Shown: positions 7,994-15,975 of the stretch, piece after piece | Position numbering within the stretch: position 1 is the first letter of the stretch | How the letters are laid out: each line of letters opens with the position of its first letter | From: Chloroflexota bacterium | GTDB lineage: Bacteria > Chloroflexota > Dehalococcoidia > DSTF01 > JACRBR01 | Length of the DNA: 40,026 nt | Assembly (NCBI GenBank): GCA_016213125.1 | Contig: JACRBR010000354.1 | Location: 1-40,026 of the forward strand | Reading direction: 5' to 3' | Notes under the pieces: model-generated | Told to the model about the DNA's origin: nothing | Seen by the model: only the letters and a program-made list of their open reading frames with translations | The model's database searches: none | Position numbers and translations under genes: made by a program

Positions 7994-9268
7994 ATGGGAA
8001 CTATTGGAAGCATCCAGCGTTTGCTCAGGGTCATGCTGCCGCTCGCCGCATTGGCGCTTGTTGCCACCGTCGTTTCGAACGGCGGCGGAATCAACTCCGC
8101 CAGCGCGGCCACGACGACCGTGACCGTGGGCCAGACCAACGGCGGTGGCGCAACCGGCGTCAACCAGTTCAACGCCGCCGCAATCACCATCTCAGCGGGC
8201 GATACCACCCAGTGGAACAGCGCGCTGGACAACCGCTCGCACGACGTCACGTCATATGCCGAGACGGTGCCCGGCACGCCTGACTGGCAGTCGCCGACGC
8301 TGCGCAGCGGCACGGCGAACACGACCTTCAGCCGCGTGTTCAGTACGGCGGGTACCTACACCTACTACTGCTCGCTCCACGCGAGTCAAAGCGATGCGGC
8401 CCCAGGGGTCATCGACGCCAACATCGCGTCCGGCATGATGGTCGGTAAGATTACGGTCAACGCTCCCGCGCCCGACACCACGGCCCCCGCGGCCAGCGCG
8501 GTCGCCGCGTCGCCGAACCCAACTGATGGCGCTTCGAGCGTTGCCCTCACGGCGACCATCGCGGACTCGGGTACGCCTCTCGGCACGATCGCTTCGGCGC
8601 AATACCGCGTCGACGGCGGAAGCCCCGTCGCCATGTCCGCCGTGGACGGCACCTTCAACGGCTCGTCCGAGAACGTCACGGCAAACGTTCCCGTTGGCGC
8701 TCTGAGCCTCGGCAACCACGTTATCGAGGTGCGCGGCACCGACCTCGCCGGCAACATCGGCGCGTATGTCGCACTGTCCGGCGGCCTCAACGTGACCGCC
8801 CCGCCGGCAGGTGCGGTCCAGGCCACCATCAATGTCCAGGGTGGCGCTCTCACCAATACCGCCCAGAACATCGCCTTCCCGGCCGTCGCCCTCAGTGGCG
8901 CCGACCAGACCGTGCTCGCGGCAGCGGCCGCATGGCAGGCCAAGGATGCCCGCGGCACCGGCGATGGGTGGAACGTGACAATCGCGTCCACAAACTTCAC
9001 CGGCGCCGGCACCATCGGGGTCGCCAACTTCAAGTGCAAGCAGGACCAGGCGGATATCGTGACGGTTTCGGGCAACACCGCCCCGAACTCGATGGTAACC
9101 ACCTTCCAGTCCCTGAGTGGCACGCCGCTCAAGCTGCTCCAGGCCACTGGCGGCGCTGGTATGGGTACGTACGACTACACGCCGGACTTCCAGCTCACGG
9201 TTCCGGCCAGCACGGCGGCGGGTTCGTACACCGCAAACGTCACGGTCAGCATCAATAGCGGGCCGTAG
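7994..9268 (+). CDS. Secreted cupredoxin / Ig-like / WxL-like domain fusion protein
   Basis: ORF track; GGGAGGAAGG RBS and signal peptide. The N-terminal domain is paralogous to domain 1 of 3951..5438 (YCSLHASQSDAAPGVIDANIASGMMVGK). The C-terminal region has WxL-type signatures: KDARGTGDGWNVTIASTNF and a terminal YTANVTVSINSGP. Confidence 0.85.
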   Translation: MGTIGSIQRLLRVMLPLAALALVATVVSNGGGINSASAATTTVTVGQTNGGGATGVNQFNAAAITISAGDTTQWNSALDNRSHDVTSYAETVPGTPDWQSPTLRSGTANTTFSRVFSTAGTYTYYCSLHASQSDAAPGVIDANIASGMMVGKITVNAPAPDTTAPAASAVAASPNPTDGASSVALTATIADSGTPLGTIASAQYRVDGGSPVAMSAVDGTFNGSSENVTANVPVGALSLGNHVIEVRGTDLAGNIGAYVALSGGLNVTAPPAGAVQATINVQGGALTNTAQNIAFPAVALSGADQTVLAAAAAWQAKDARGTGDGWNVTIASTNFTGAGTIGVANFKCKQDQADIVTVSGNTAPNSMVTTFQSLSGTPLKLLQATGGAGMGTYDYTPDFQLTVPASTAAGSYTANVTVSINSGP

Positions 9269-9306
9269 TCAGGGCCCATAGTGAGTCCAGTCAGCTTAGT
9301 CAGTCG

Positions 9307-9333
9307 CCCCCGGGGTACTCTGTACCCTGGGGG
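9307..9333 (+). terminator. Strong hairpin between the two WxL genes
   Basis: 12-bp stem CCCCCGGGGTAC / GTACCCTGGGGG (one G-U pair) with loop TCT. No T-tract. Confidence 0.45.
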
Positions 9334-9353
9334 CATACCCATCGGCGAGAAAT

Positions 9354-10781
9354 GTGGAGAGCGGGACCGGAGTAGTGACAGACTCAATTTACTGGGGTAC
9401 CGCCGGCGACCGAGGCCGCCTGGCGGTGCGCTTCGCGGTCGTAGTTTTCAGTCTGTGCCTGCTTTCCATCCTCGGACTCCGCGCTGCCGTCGCTGATTCA
9501 ACCGGCTTCCGTAACCCGTCAGCTCAGACCGCCGCGACGGGCGGCGATGGTAACGGGTACGAAACGAATCCCACCCAGGCCTTCACGGACGCGAATGGCG
9601 AAACGGAAGACAGAGATAGTGGCACCAACGGCAACCTCTCCTGCACCGATGCCGGCAAAGACCGGCATCTTTTCTACAACTACGGGTTCACGGTCCCGGC
9701 CGGCGCTACGATCAATGGCATCGAGGTCTTGGTGGACGCGAGGCTTGACTCAGCGACCGGATTCATATGCGTGCAGCTCTCCTGGGATGCTGGCGCAACC
9801 TGGACCACCGCGAAACAGACCACCAACCTCACAAGCTCCTTCGCCAACTATACGGTGGGCGGGACGGCTGACACCTGGGGGCGCACGTGGTCATCTTCGG
9901 ACCTATCAAACGCGAACTTCCGGCTCCGCGTGATAAATGTCGCCAACAACACGTCCGCCCGCTTCCGGCTCGACTGGATCCCGGCGCAGGTTCACTACAC
10001 CCCGGCAGCGCCTCCAGATACGATCGGGCCCACCACGAGCAACGTCGCCGCCTCGCCGAATCCAACCGCAGGCGCCGCTTCGGTCACGCTCACGGCGAAT
10101 ATCAGCGACGTCGGGCAGGGCGGATCGAGTATCGCCGCTGCCGAGTATTTCCTGAACTCAGCGGGAGCGCCCGGCACCGGCGCGTCGATGTCCGCCGCCG
10201 ACGGGGCGTTCAACTTACCGACAGAGGCCGTCACCGTGCTGCTCTCAACCGCCGGGCTGGCGGCGGGGGATCACCAGGTCTTCATCAGGGGCCGCGACGG
10301 CGCGGGCAACTGGGGCAGCGCCAGCTCCACGGAGCAGACCATCGGCGGGGGTGCAAACCTCTCCCTATCCGCACAACCCGTGTCCTTCGGCAGTGTCAAC
10401 ATCAACGGCAGCGACCAGCTGCTGATGGTGGCTTCACCGCCCTGGCGCGCGAGCGATGGGCGCGCGTCCGGTGATGGCTGGCACGTCACCGTCCAGTCGA
10501 CGGACGTCATCGCCGCCCTGGGCACGATCCCGGCCGGCAACCTGAAGGTGCAGGTGAAGCAGTCGGGCATCACGACCATCTCGGGCAACGCGCCTCCGGT
10601 CTCCCTCGCTACGTCGTACCAGCCGCTCTCGTCTTCACCGTTGAAGCTCATCGCCGCGGCACCAGGCACCGGTATGGGTACATATGACTTCGCGATGGAG
10701 TTCGAGCTGATGCTGCCGGCCAGCGCCTATGCCGGTGAGTACACGGCGTCGCTCACGACAAGCATCAATAGCGGACCCTGA
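9354..10781 (+). CDS. Secreted WxL-like domain protein with unknown N-terminal domain and Ig-like middle domain
   Basis: ORF track (GTG 9354; GTG 9375 after GGAG is an alternative start). Signal/TM segment FAVVVFSLCLLSILGL. The middle domain is paralogous to that of 7994..9268. WxL-type motifs SDGRASGDGWHVTVQSTD and a terminal YTASLTTSINSGP. Confidence 0.8.
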   Translation: MESGTGVVTDSIYWGTAGDRGRLAVRFAVVVFSLCLLSILGLRAAVADSTGFRNPSAQTAATGGDGNGYETNPTQAFTDANGETEDRDSGTNGNLSCTDAGKDRHLFYNYGFTVPAGATINGIEVLVDARLDSATGFICVQLSWDAGATWTTAKQTTNLTSSFANYTVGGTADTWGRTWSSSDLSNANFRLRVINVANNTSARFRLDWIPAQVHYTPAAPPDTIGPTTSNVAASPNPTAGAASVTLTANISDVGQGGSSIAAAEYFLNSAGAPGTGASMSAADGAFNLPTEAVTVLLSTAGLAAGDHQVFIRGRDGAGNWGSASSTEQTIGGGANLSLSAQPVSFGSVNINGSDQLLMVASPPWRASDGRASGDGWHVTVQSTDVIAALGTIPAGNLKVQVKQSGITTISGNAPPVSLATSYQPLSSSPLKLIAAAPGTGMGTYDFAMEFELMLPASAYAGEYTASLTTSINSGP

Positions 10782-10791
10782 GGAGCACGCC

Positions 10792-11838
10792 ATGACCCAC
10801 CTTCGCACAGCCGGCATAAGCGCCATGATCATCGTCGTCATGCTACTGGGCGCGCTCGGCGGTGGGACACACGCAGGCGCACAGGGCAGCGTCCAATTCA
10901 GCATCCAGCCCGACCGGGATACCGGCCAGGAGGATGCGTACTTCACCTACACCGCGAAGGCCGGGGATACGATCAGCGACGAAGCGCTCGTTATCTCCAC
11001 TGGCAGCGAGGCCGTCACGTTGAAGCTCTATGCCGCGGACGCGATCACGGCGATTGGCGGTGGGACGGCCTTCGCTGGACTGGACGAGGACCGGACGGGC
11101 GTGCGCGCATGGGTGCGTTCATCGCTCGCCGAGGTCTCGCTCACCCCCGGCGGGCGTCAGACCGTTCCGTTCACGGTGGTGGTCCCGGCCGACGCCGCCC
11201 CCGGCGATCACATCGCCGGCCTCGTGGTGGAAGCGCCACCGAAACAGGGCCAATCAGGTGGCGTGCAGACGTCCGTGACGGAGCGCGTTGGCGTCGCCGT
11301 CGTGGTTCGAATAGCTGGCGAAGCGCGCGAGGAACTGGCGCTCGGCGGCATCTGCCTCAACCAGGAGACCGGCAGCAACTACTTTCAGGTGCCTGTCGCC
11401 AACAACGGCAACATCCTGTCGCGGCCTTCGGGGGAGTTCATCCTGCAGCGCCAGGGTGGCTCGGAGGTGTTCCGCAAACCCATCGTCCCGGCCACCATCC
11501 TGCCACAGGATGCAACCTTCCTCCGCATCGATGCCCCCGCCGATCCCGGCGAGGGTCGCTACACCGCGATCGTGCACCTGAATCAGACCGACGGGCGAGT
11601 CGCCGAGGAGTCCAGCGATATACGCATTCGCGATGAAAAGGTGAACGGCTGCCAGGCGACCGACGCCATCCCCGCCGCAACCGCCGTCGTGCTCGGCGAG
11701 AATGTGGTGCGCGACGAAGGCGACGGGGGCGGCCTTCCGCTCCTGACGCTGAGCCTGATCGGCATTGTGGTGCTGCTGGCACTGCTGCTCATCGCGAGCG
11801 AGATCCTGCGGCGCCGTCGGCGTTCCATAGCCCGCTGA
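10792..11838 (+). CDS. DUF916/DUF3324-like cell-surface protein (WxL-cluster partner) with C-terminal TM anchor
   Basis: ATG 10792 after GAGGAG, with a signal peptide. VQFSIQPDRDTGQEDAYFTYTAKAGDTISDEALVISTGSEAVTLKLYAADA fits the DUF916 pattern. C-terminal LPLLTLSLIGIVVLLALLLIASEILRRRRRS. Confidence 0.75.
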   Translation: MTHLRTAGISAMIIVVMLLGALGGGTHAGAQGSVQFSIQPDRDTGQEDAYFTYTAKAGDTISDEALVISTGSEAVTLKLYAADAITAIGGGTAFAGLDEDRTGVRAWVRSSLAEVSLTPGGRQTVPFTVVVPADAAPGDHIAGLVVEAPPKQGQSGGVQTSVTERVGVAVVVRIAGEAREELALGGICLNQETGSNYFQVPVANNGNILSRPSGEFILQRQGGSEVFRKPIVPATILPQDATFLRIDAPADPGEGRYTAIVHLNQTDGRVAEESSDIRIRDEKVNGCQATDAIPAATAVVLGENVVRDEGDGGGLPLLTLSLIGIVVLLALLLIASEILRRRRRSIAR

Positions 11839-11881
11839 GCGCGGTCGCTGCGGGCTATGCGGGCTGCTGGGACAGTGGCTG

Positions 11882-13660
11882 TCAGCGTGTTTCGCGCGCG
11901 CCGTAGTACGGCATTACCACCTGGCCGTCGGTGCGCTTGCCGCCGGTGGCGGCGGCCGCGCCGACCATGGCAACGGTGATGGGGGCGATGATGTCCGGGT
12001 CTGTCAGGACGTTCACGCACGCCGGACGCCCGGAAGCGAACGCGCGATCGAGGGCCGGGATGATGTCCCGGGGATCTTCCACCAGCTCGCCGTGACACCC
12101 GAAGCCTTCGGCGGCGCGGTCGTAGCGCACGACCCCCAGCTCTGAGACGACGGTGCGCCCTTTGCCGTACATGAGTTCCTGGCCGTGCTTCGACATGCCC
12201 CACTGCTGGTCGTTGTTGACGACCACCACCACCGGCAGTCCGTGGCGCGCCAGCGTATCGAACTCCGCGAAGTTCAGGCCGACCGAGCCGTCGCCCGTGA
12301 TGCAGACCACCCGGCTGTCCGGGTGCGCGACCTGCGCGGCCACAGCGAACGGGATGCCCGTGCCCAGGCAGCCGAGGTAGCCGTGCGAGAGCCAGTGGCC
12401 GGGACGCCTGATTGTCGACGAGGACTCGGCCCAGAATGAAGTCTCGCCGCCGTCGGCCACCAGCACATCACTCTCACGGTCCAGGTATGCCGCCAGGTCC
12501 CGCGCGAGCTGGTGCGAGTGAATGGGACGGTGGTCGTCCGCGTACGAGGCGTTGAGCAGCGTGCGCATCGCGTTCCGGGCGCCCTGCAGCGCCGACGTCC
12601 ATGCTTGCCGATCAGGCCACCGGTGGTCGCCTGCGCCGTTCAGCAGGGCGTGCACGACCTGGCCGCAGTCCGCGCCGATGCCGAGTTCGATCCGCCTGTT
12701 GCGCCCGATCTCCTCAGGCTCGACATCCACCTGGAAGACCGTGGCCGTCGGCGGAATGAAGGGTCGCCCCGCGCTGCCCGTGAAGAGGCCGAGCCGCGCT
12801 CCCAGCAACAGCACGACGTCCGGACCCTGATCGGGCGGAAGCGTGGCGAGTGTCATGAAGCCACCGCCCGAAAGACGGTGGTCCTCGGGAAGTGCCGCGC
12901 GGCCTCGGCCGTTTGCGAGGACGGGAATGCCCGTCGCCTCGGCGAACGCCCGGAGCGCATCCGTTCCCTTGCCGAACCAGACCCCGCCCCCGGCCATGAT
13001 CAACGGTCGCTGCGCCGCCGCCAGCGCCTGCAGCATGCTCGCGATCGCGTAGGTGGACGCTGCGGGTGGGTCGATGCGTGCGGGGCTTCCAAAAGATGCG
13101 TGTCCAGCGTCAGTGTGCGCAAAGAGCACATCGGCAGGAATCTCGAGAAATACCGGCCCCGGGCGCCCCGTGGTTGCCATCCGCAGCGCCTGGCAGAGGT
13201 AGTCCGCGAGGCGGTCGATGCGGGTCACCGTGGCAGCCCACTTCGTGACGGGCCGCATCAGGTCCAGTTGCGAAAACCCACCCTGAAGAGGAAGACGCTC
13301 GTCGTCCGAGAGCGGACTGCGGCCGCCGATCACCAGGATGGGAACGCAGTCGACGTAGGCGTTCGTGACGGCCGTGACCACATCCGTCACGCCGGGACCG
13401 GCGGTAACGATGGCGACGCCCACGTTGCCCGTCGTACGTGCCCAGCCATCGGCCGCGTGACCGGCCGCCTGCTCGTGACGCGTGTCGACGAGGCGAAGCC
13501 CGCGATCAAGCGCCGATTGGAAGATGGCGTCCAGGTGGCCGCCGTGCAGCGTGAAGACCGTGGTGACGCCGTGGTCCAGCAGCGTGCGCACGACGATCTC
13601 GCCCCCATCGATGGTCGCGGTCTGCTGGTGATTGGTCATGGACCTGGCCGGCGCGCTCAT
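11882..13660 (-). CDS. Thiamine-diphosphate-dependent enzyme (acetolactate synthase large subunit / oxalyl-CoA decarboxylase superfamily)
   Basis: ORF track, 592 aa. N-terminal PYR domain RHEQAAGHAADGWARTTGNVGVAIVTAGPGVTD. TPP motif GDGSVGLNFAEFDTLARHGLPVVVVVNND. Confidence 0.9.
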   Translation of the reverse strand: MSAPARSMTNHQQTATIDGGEIVVRTLLDHGVTTVFTLHGGHLDAIFQSALDRGLRLVDTRHEQAAGHAADGWARTTGNVGVAIVTAGPGVTDVVTAVTNAYVDCVPILVIGGRSPLSDDERLPLQGGFSQLDLMRPVTKWAATVTRIDRLADYLCQALRMATTGRPGPVFLEIPADVLFAHTDAGHASFGSPARIDPPAASTYAIASMLQALAAAQRPLIMAGGGVWFGKGTDALRAFAEATGIPVLANGRGRAALPEDHRLSGGGFMTLATLPPDQGPDVVLLLGARLGLFTGSAGRPFIPPTATVFQVDVEPEEIGRNRRIELGIGADCGQVVHALLNGAGDHRWPDRQAWTSALQGARNAMRTLLNASYADDHRPIHSHQLARDLAAYLDRESDVLVADGGETSFWAESSSTIRRPGHWLSHGYLGCLGTGIPFAVAAQVAHPDSRVVCITGDGSVGLNFAEFDTLARHGLPVVVVVNNDQQWGMSKHGQELMYGKGRTVVSELGVVRYDRAAEGFGCHGELVEDPRDIIPALDRAFASGRPACVNVLTDPDIIAPITVAMVGAAAATGGKRTDGQVVMPYYGARETR

Positions 13661-13894
13661 ATGACGGCTACGTTAGCAGCGAGGCCACGCGCTTGCTCCT
13701 GTCGAATGGCCCCGCACGGATGGGCCGTTCGCCCCGATCTCACAGCGGTCAGTGGCCCGGAACGCGTTCCAAAATGCGCTTGTCGCCAGCCGGTGCCAAC
13801 CATTTGGCCACGAGGACTGAGCCGTCTGGCCCTCCCAACGGCGCCGCCTGGGCCGCATCATGCTGCACACGAACATATGACGTTGGGAGGCAAC

Positions 13895-14257
13895 ATGGAC
13901 ACCGTAGCCGGAACACTCATCAACCTCACCGAGCGGGCCGAGGATCACATCGTCTCTCTGCTGAGCGAACGCGGCGCGGAGCCGGGGCTCCTGCGGGTGT
14001 TCGTCGCTGGCAGAGGCTGCTCCGGGTACCAGTACGGCATGGAGGTCGAAGAGCGCGAAGGCCCCGGCGATGTGCTGGTGGCGGCGCGCCGGGTGAAACT
14101 CGTGGTCGACCCCGTGAGTGCGCCGCTGCTGCAGGGGGCGGAGATCGACTTCGTGGAAGACGTCATGGGCTCCGGATTCGTCATCGCAAACCCGAACGCC
14201 GCGCCTTCGTGCTCATGCGGCGCGCAGTCGGGCGATGGCTCCCAGAGGTGTTGCTGA
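13895..14257 (+). CDS. HesB/IscA/ErpA-family iron-sulfur cluster insertion protein
   Basis: This is the C-terminal part of ORF 12512..14257; the rest of that ORF is antisense to the TPP gene. ATG 13895 follows GGGAGG. Motifs RGCSGYQYGM, IDFVED, GFVIANPNA and CSCG. Confidence 0.85.
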   Translation: MDTVAGTLINLTERAEDHIVSLLSERGAEPGLLRVFVAGRGCSGYQYGMEVEEREGPGDVLVAARRVKLVVDPVSAPLLQGAEIDFVEDVMGSGFVIANPNAAPSCSCGAQSGDGSQRCC

Positions 14258-14270
14258 CCGGAGGCTTCAC

Positions 14271-15224
14271 GTGGGTCGGGTAGACATCACCTTCGATAGC
14301 GGCGGTCAGCAGGTCGCTGGGTGGTTCTACGCGCCCGATGGCGCCGGGCCGGAGCCGTGGTCCTGCGTGGTGATGGGCCATGGATTCGCAGCCGTCAAGG
14401 AAGCCCGGCTCGATGCGTTTGCCGAGCGGTTTGCGGAGGCCGGCCTGGCTTGCCTGGTCTTCGACTACCGCCATTTCGGCGCCAGCGGGGGTCAGCCACG
14501 GCAGGTCATAAACATCCGCAAGCAGCAGGAGGACTGGCGCGCCGCGATCGCGTACGCGCGTACCAGGTCCGATGTCGACCGTGGTCGTGTGGCGCTGTGG
14601 GGGACGTCGTTCGGCGGAGGACACGTTCTTGATGTCGCGAAGAAAGATCACGGCATCGCAGCTGCCGTCCTGCATCTCCCTCTGGTGGATTCGCTGGCTG
14701 CGGCGAAAGGCGAGGGTCTCGGGCAGTCATTGCGGCTCGGTCTGGCCGGACTGCGCGACGAACTGCGCCGGTTGCTCCGGCGGCCGCCACACCTGATCCC
14801 CGTAGTGGGGCCGCCCGGAACGCTGGCCGTGATGACGACACCGGAGGCCGAGCCCGGCTATCTATCGATCGTGCGCGATGCGCCGTCCTGGCAGAACACC
14901 GTCGCCGCGCGCATCGCCCTGGAGATGGCGCTGTTCCGGCCTGGCCGCAAGACCGCTAGCGTCTCTTGCCCATCGCTATTTGTGGTTGGCATGCACGACA
15001 CAGTAACCCCGCCGGAGGCCACGCTGCGGACGGCCCTGCGGACTCCGGGCGCGAGGCTTATGGGATTGCCGACCGGCCATTTCGACGCGTACTTGGGGGA
15101 TGCGTTCGAAGAGGCCGTAACGGCCGAGGCTGCCTTCCTGGTACAGCACCTGGCACCGGCAGGCCGGCGCGCGGCAGGTTCCGCATCCGAGGCGATCCCT
15201 GCAGCATGGAGCCGAGGCGCTTGA
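14271..15224 (+). CDS. Alpha/beta-fold hydrolase
   Basis: GTG 14271 after GGAGG, in frame with ORF 14118..15224. VVMGHGFAAVKE, nucleophile elbow WGTSFGGG and C-terminal GHFDAY. Confidence 0.8.
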   Translation: MGRVDITFDSGGQQVAGWFYAPDGAGPEPWSCVVMGHGFAAVKEARLDAFAERFAEAGLACLVFDYRHFGASGGQPRQVINIRKQQEDWRAAIAYARTRSDVDRGRVALWGTSFGGGHVLDVAKKDHGIAAAVLHLPLVDSLAAAKGEGLGQSLRLGLAGLRDELRRLLRRPPHLIPVVGPPGTLAVMTTPEAEPGYLSIVRDAPSWQNTVAARIALEMALFRPGRKTASVSCPSLFVVGMHDTVTPPEATLRTALRTPGARLMGLPTGHFDAYLGDAFEEAVTAEAAFLVQHLAPAGRRAAGSASEAIPAAWSRGA

Positions 15225-15645
15225 GGTTCTCCGCCAGGAGCCGTGTCTGGTCTTGGCGCAGCCCCGCGGTGAGAGCCAGCGCGTACGAACGCCACATCGA
15301 TTCCTGTCCGTAGAACGCCGCCCTGCCCAGGGGGGTGAGGGCGACGCGCCGCGCCCGGCGGTCGGCGGGGTCCACGACCATGTCGATGAGCCCGAGTGCC
15401 TGCATGCGCTTCGTGATGGACGTGATATGGGCGGGATGGACCTGGGTCCTTTGGGCCACCTCCGAGAGACGCGGCGGCTGCCCGTACTCGGCCAGCACCT
15501 GCAAATAGCGAAGCTGCGTGACCGAAAGGTGGAAGATCTTCCACTCATTCAGGCGCCGCGCGTCGATCAGCGCCAGAAGGCGCAGGCCGATGTCCATGAG
15601 GCTGTCCGGCGCCGCCGATGTTTCTTCTATTTGGAGAGAGTGCAA
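15058..15645 (-). CDS. MarR-family transcriptional regulator with Pro/Arg-rich C-terminal tail
   Basis: ORF track 15058..15687. TTG 15645 lies 7 nt after AGGAGG (ATG 15597 is an alternative start). Winged-helix region LSVTQLRYLQVLAEYGQPPRLSEVAQRTQVHPAHITSITKRMQALGLIDMVVDPADRRARRVALTPLG. Confidence 0.8.
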   Translation of the reverse strand: MHSLQIEETSAAPDSLMDIGLRLLALIDARRLNEWKIFHLSVTQLRYLQVLAEYGQPPRLSEVAQRTQVHPAHITSITKRMQALGLIDMVVDPADRRARRVALTPLGRAAFYGQESMWRSYALALTAGLRQDQTRLLAENLKRLGSMLQGSPRMRNLPRAGLPVPGAVPGRQPRPLRPLRTHPPSTRRNGRSAIP

Positions 15646-15975
15646 GGTAGCTCCTCCTGCGGGGCCGGGGGGCCATGCATGTGCCACAGACTAGCGCCGG
15701 TGGGGCCGGGCCATGCAGAGCCTGATGGACCCGGTGTAGCCTGCCTTTTGGCAGGTGCACGGCCCGGTTGCCGACTCGGAATGATTCGGTTGCTCCTGCG
15801 TCGCCCTGCCCCCGGCTCGAGCGCGCCGTAGTCCTCTCCCCGGAACGACGTGCACGGAACGCTGCGTTTGCTGCCCTGCCCGACATGCGGCCCCGCGTCA
15901 TCCTTCCATTCGGCCCTTACCGCGCCCCGCCGCCTTTTCCATGCTTTGCGTACCCGGCGGAAAGAAGGAATCACC

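Noticed and set aside
13759-13770. 12-bp palindrome GGAACGCGTTCC and a nearby hairpin (13705-13731) between the TPP-enzyme and hesB-like genes.
   Set aside because: These are short, isolated, and contain a common restriction-site-like core. I have no basis to call them more than chance in a 234-nt divergent region.
12512-13876. Long ORF (5' 455 codons of 12512..14257) and many other >100-aa ORFs antisense to confident genes. Examples: 402..1295, 1464..2081, 6922..7746, 8386..9147, 16159..17490, 18728..19948, 20768..21625, 21900..22985, 25517..26914, 28437..29909, 31248..32291, 34210..35460, 35469..36539, 37001..38161, 37899..38660 and 39074..39826.
   Set aside because: These are shadow ORFs, expected in GC-rich DNA. 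Their translations are Arg/Pro/Gly/Ala-rich low complexity with no recognisable motifs. Each is fully overlapped by an opposite-strand or alternate-frame ORF with clear domain signatures and an RBS.
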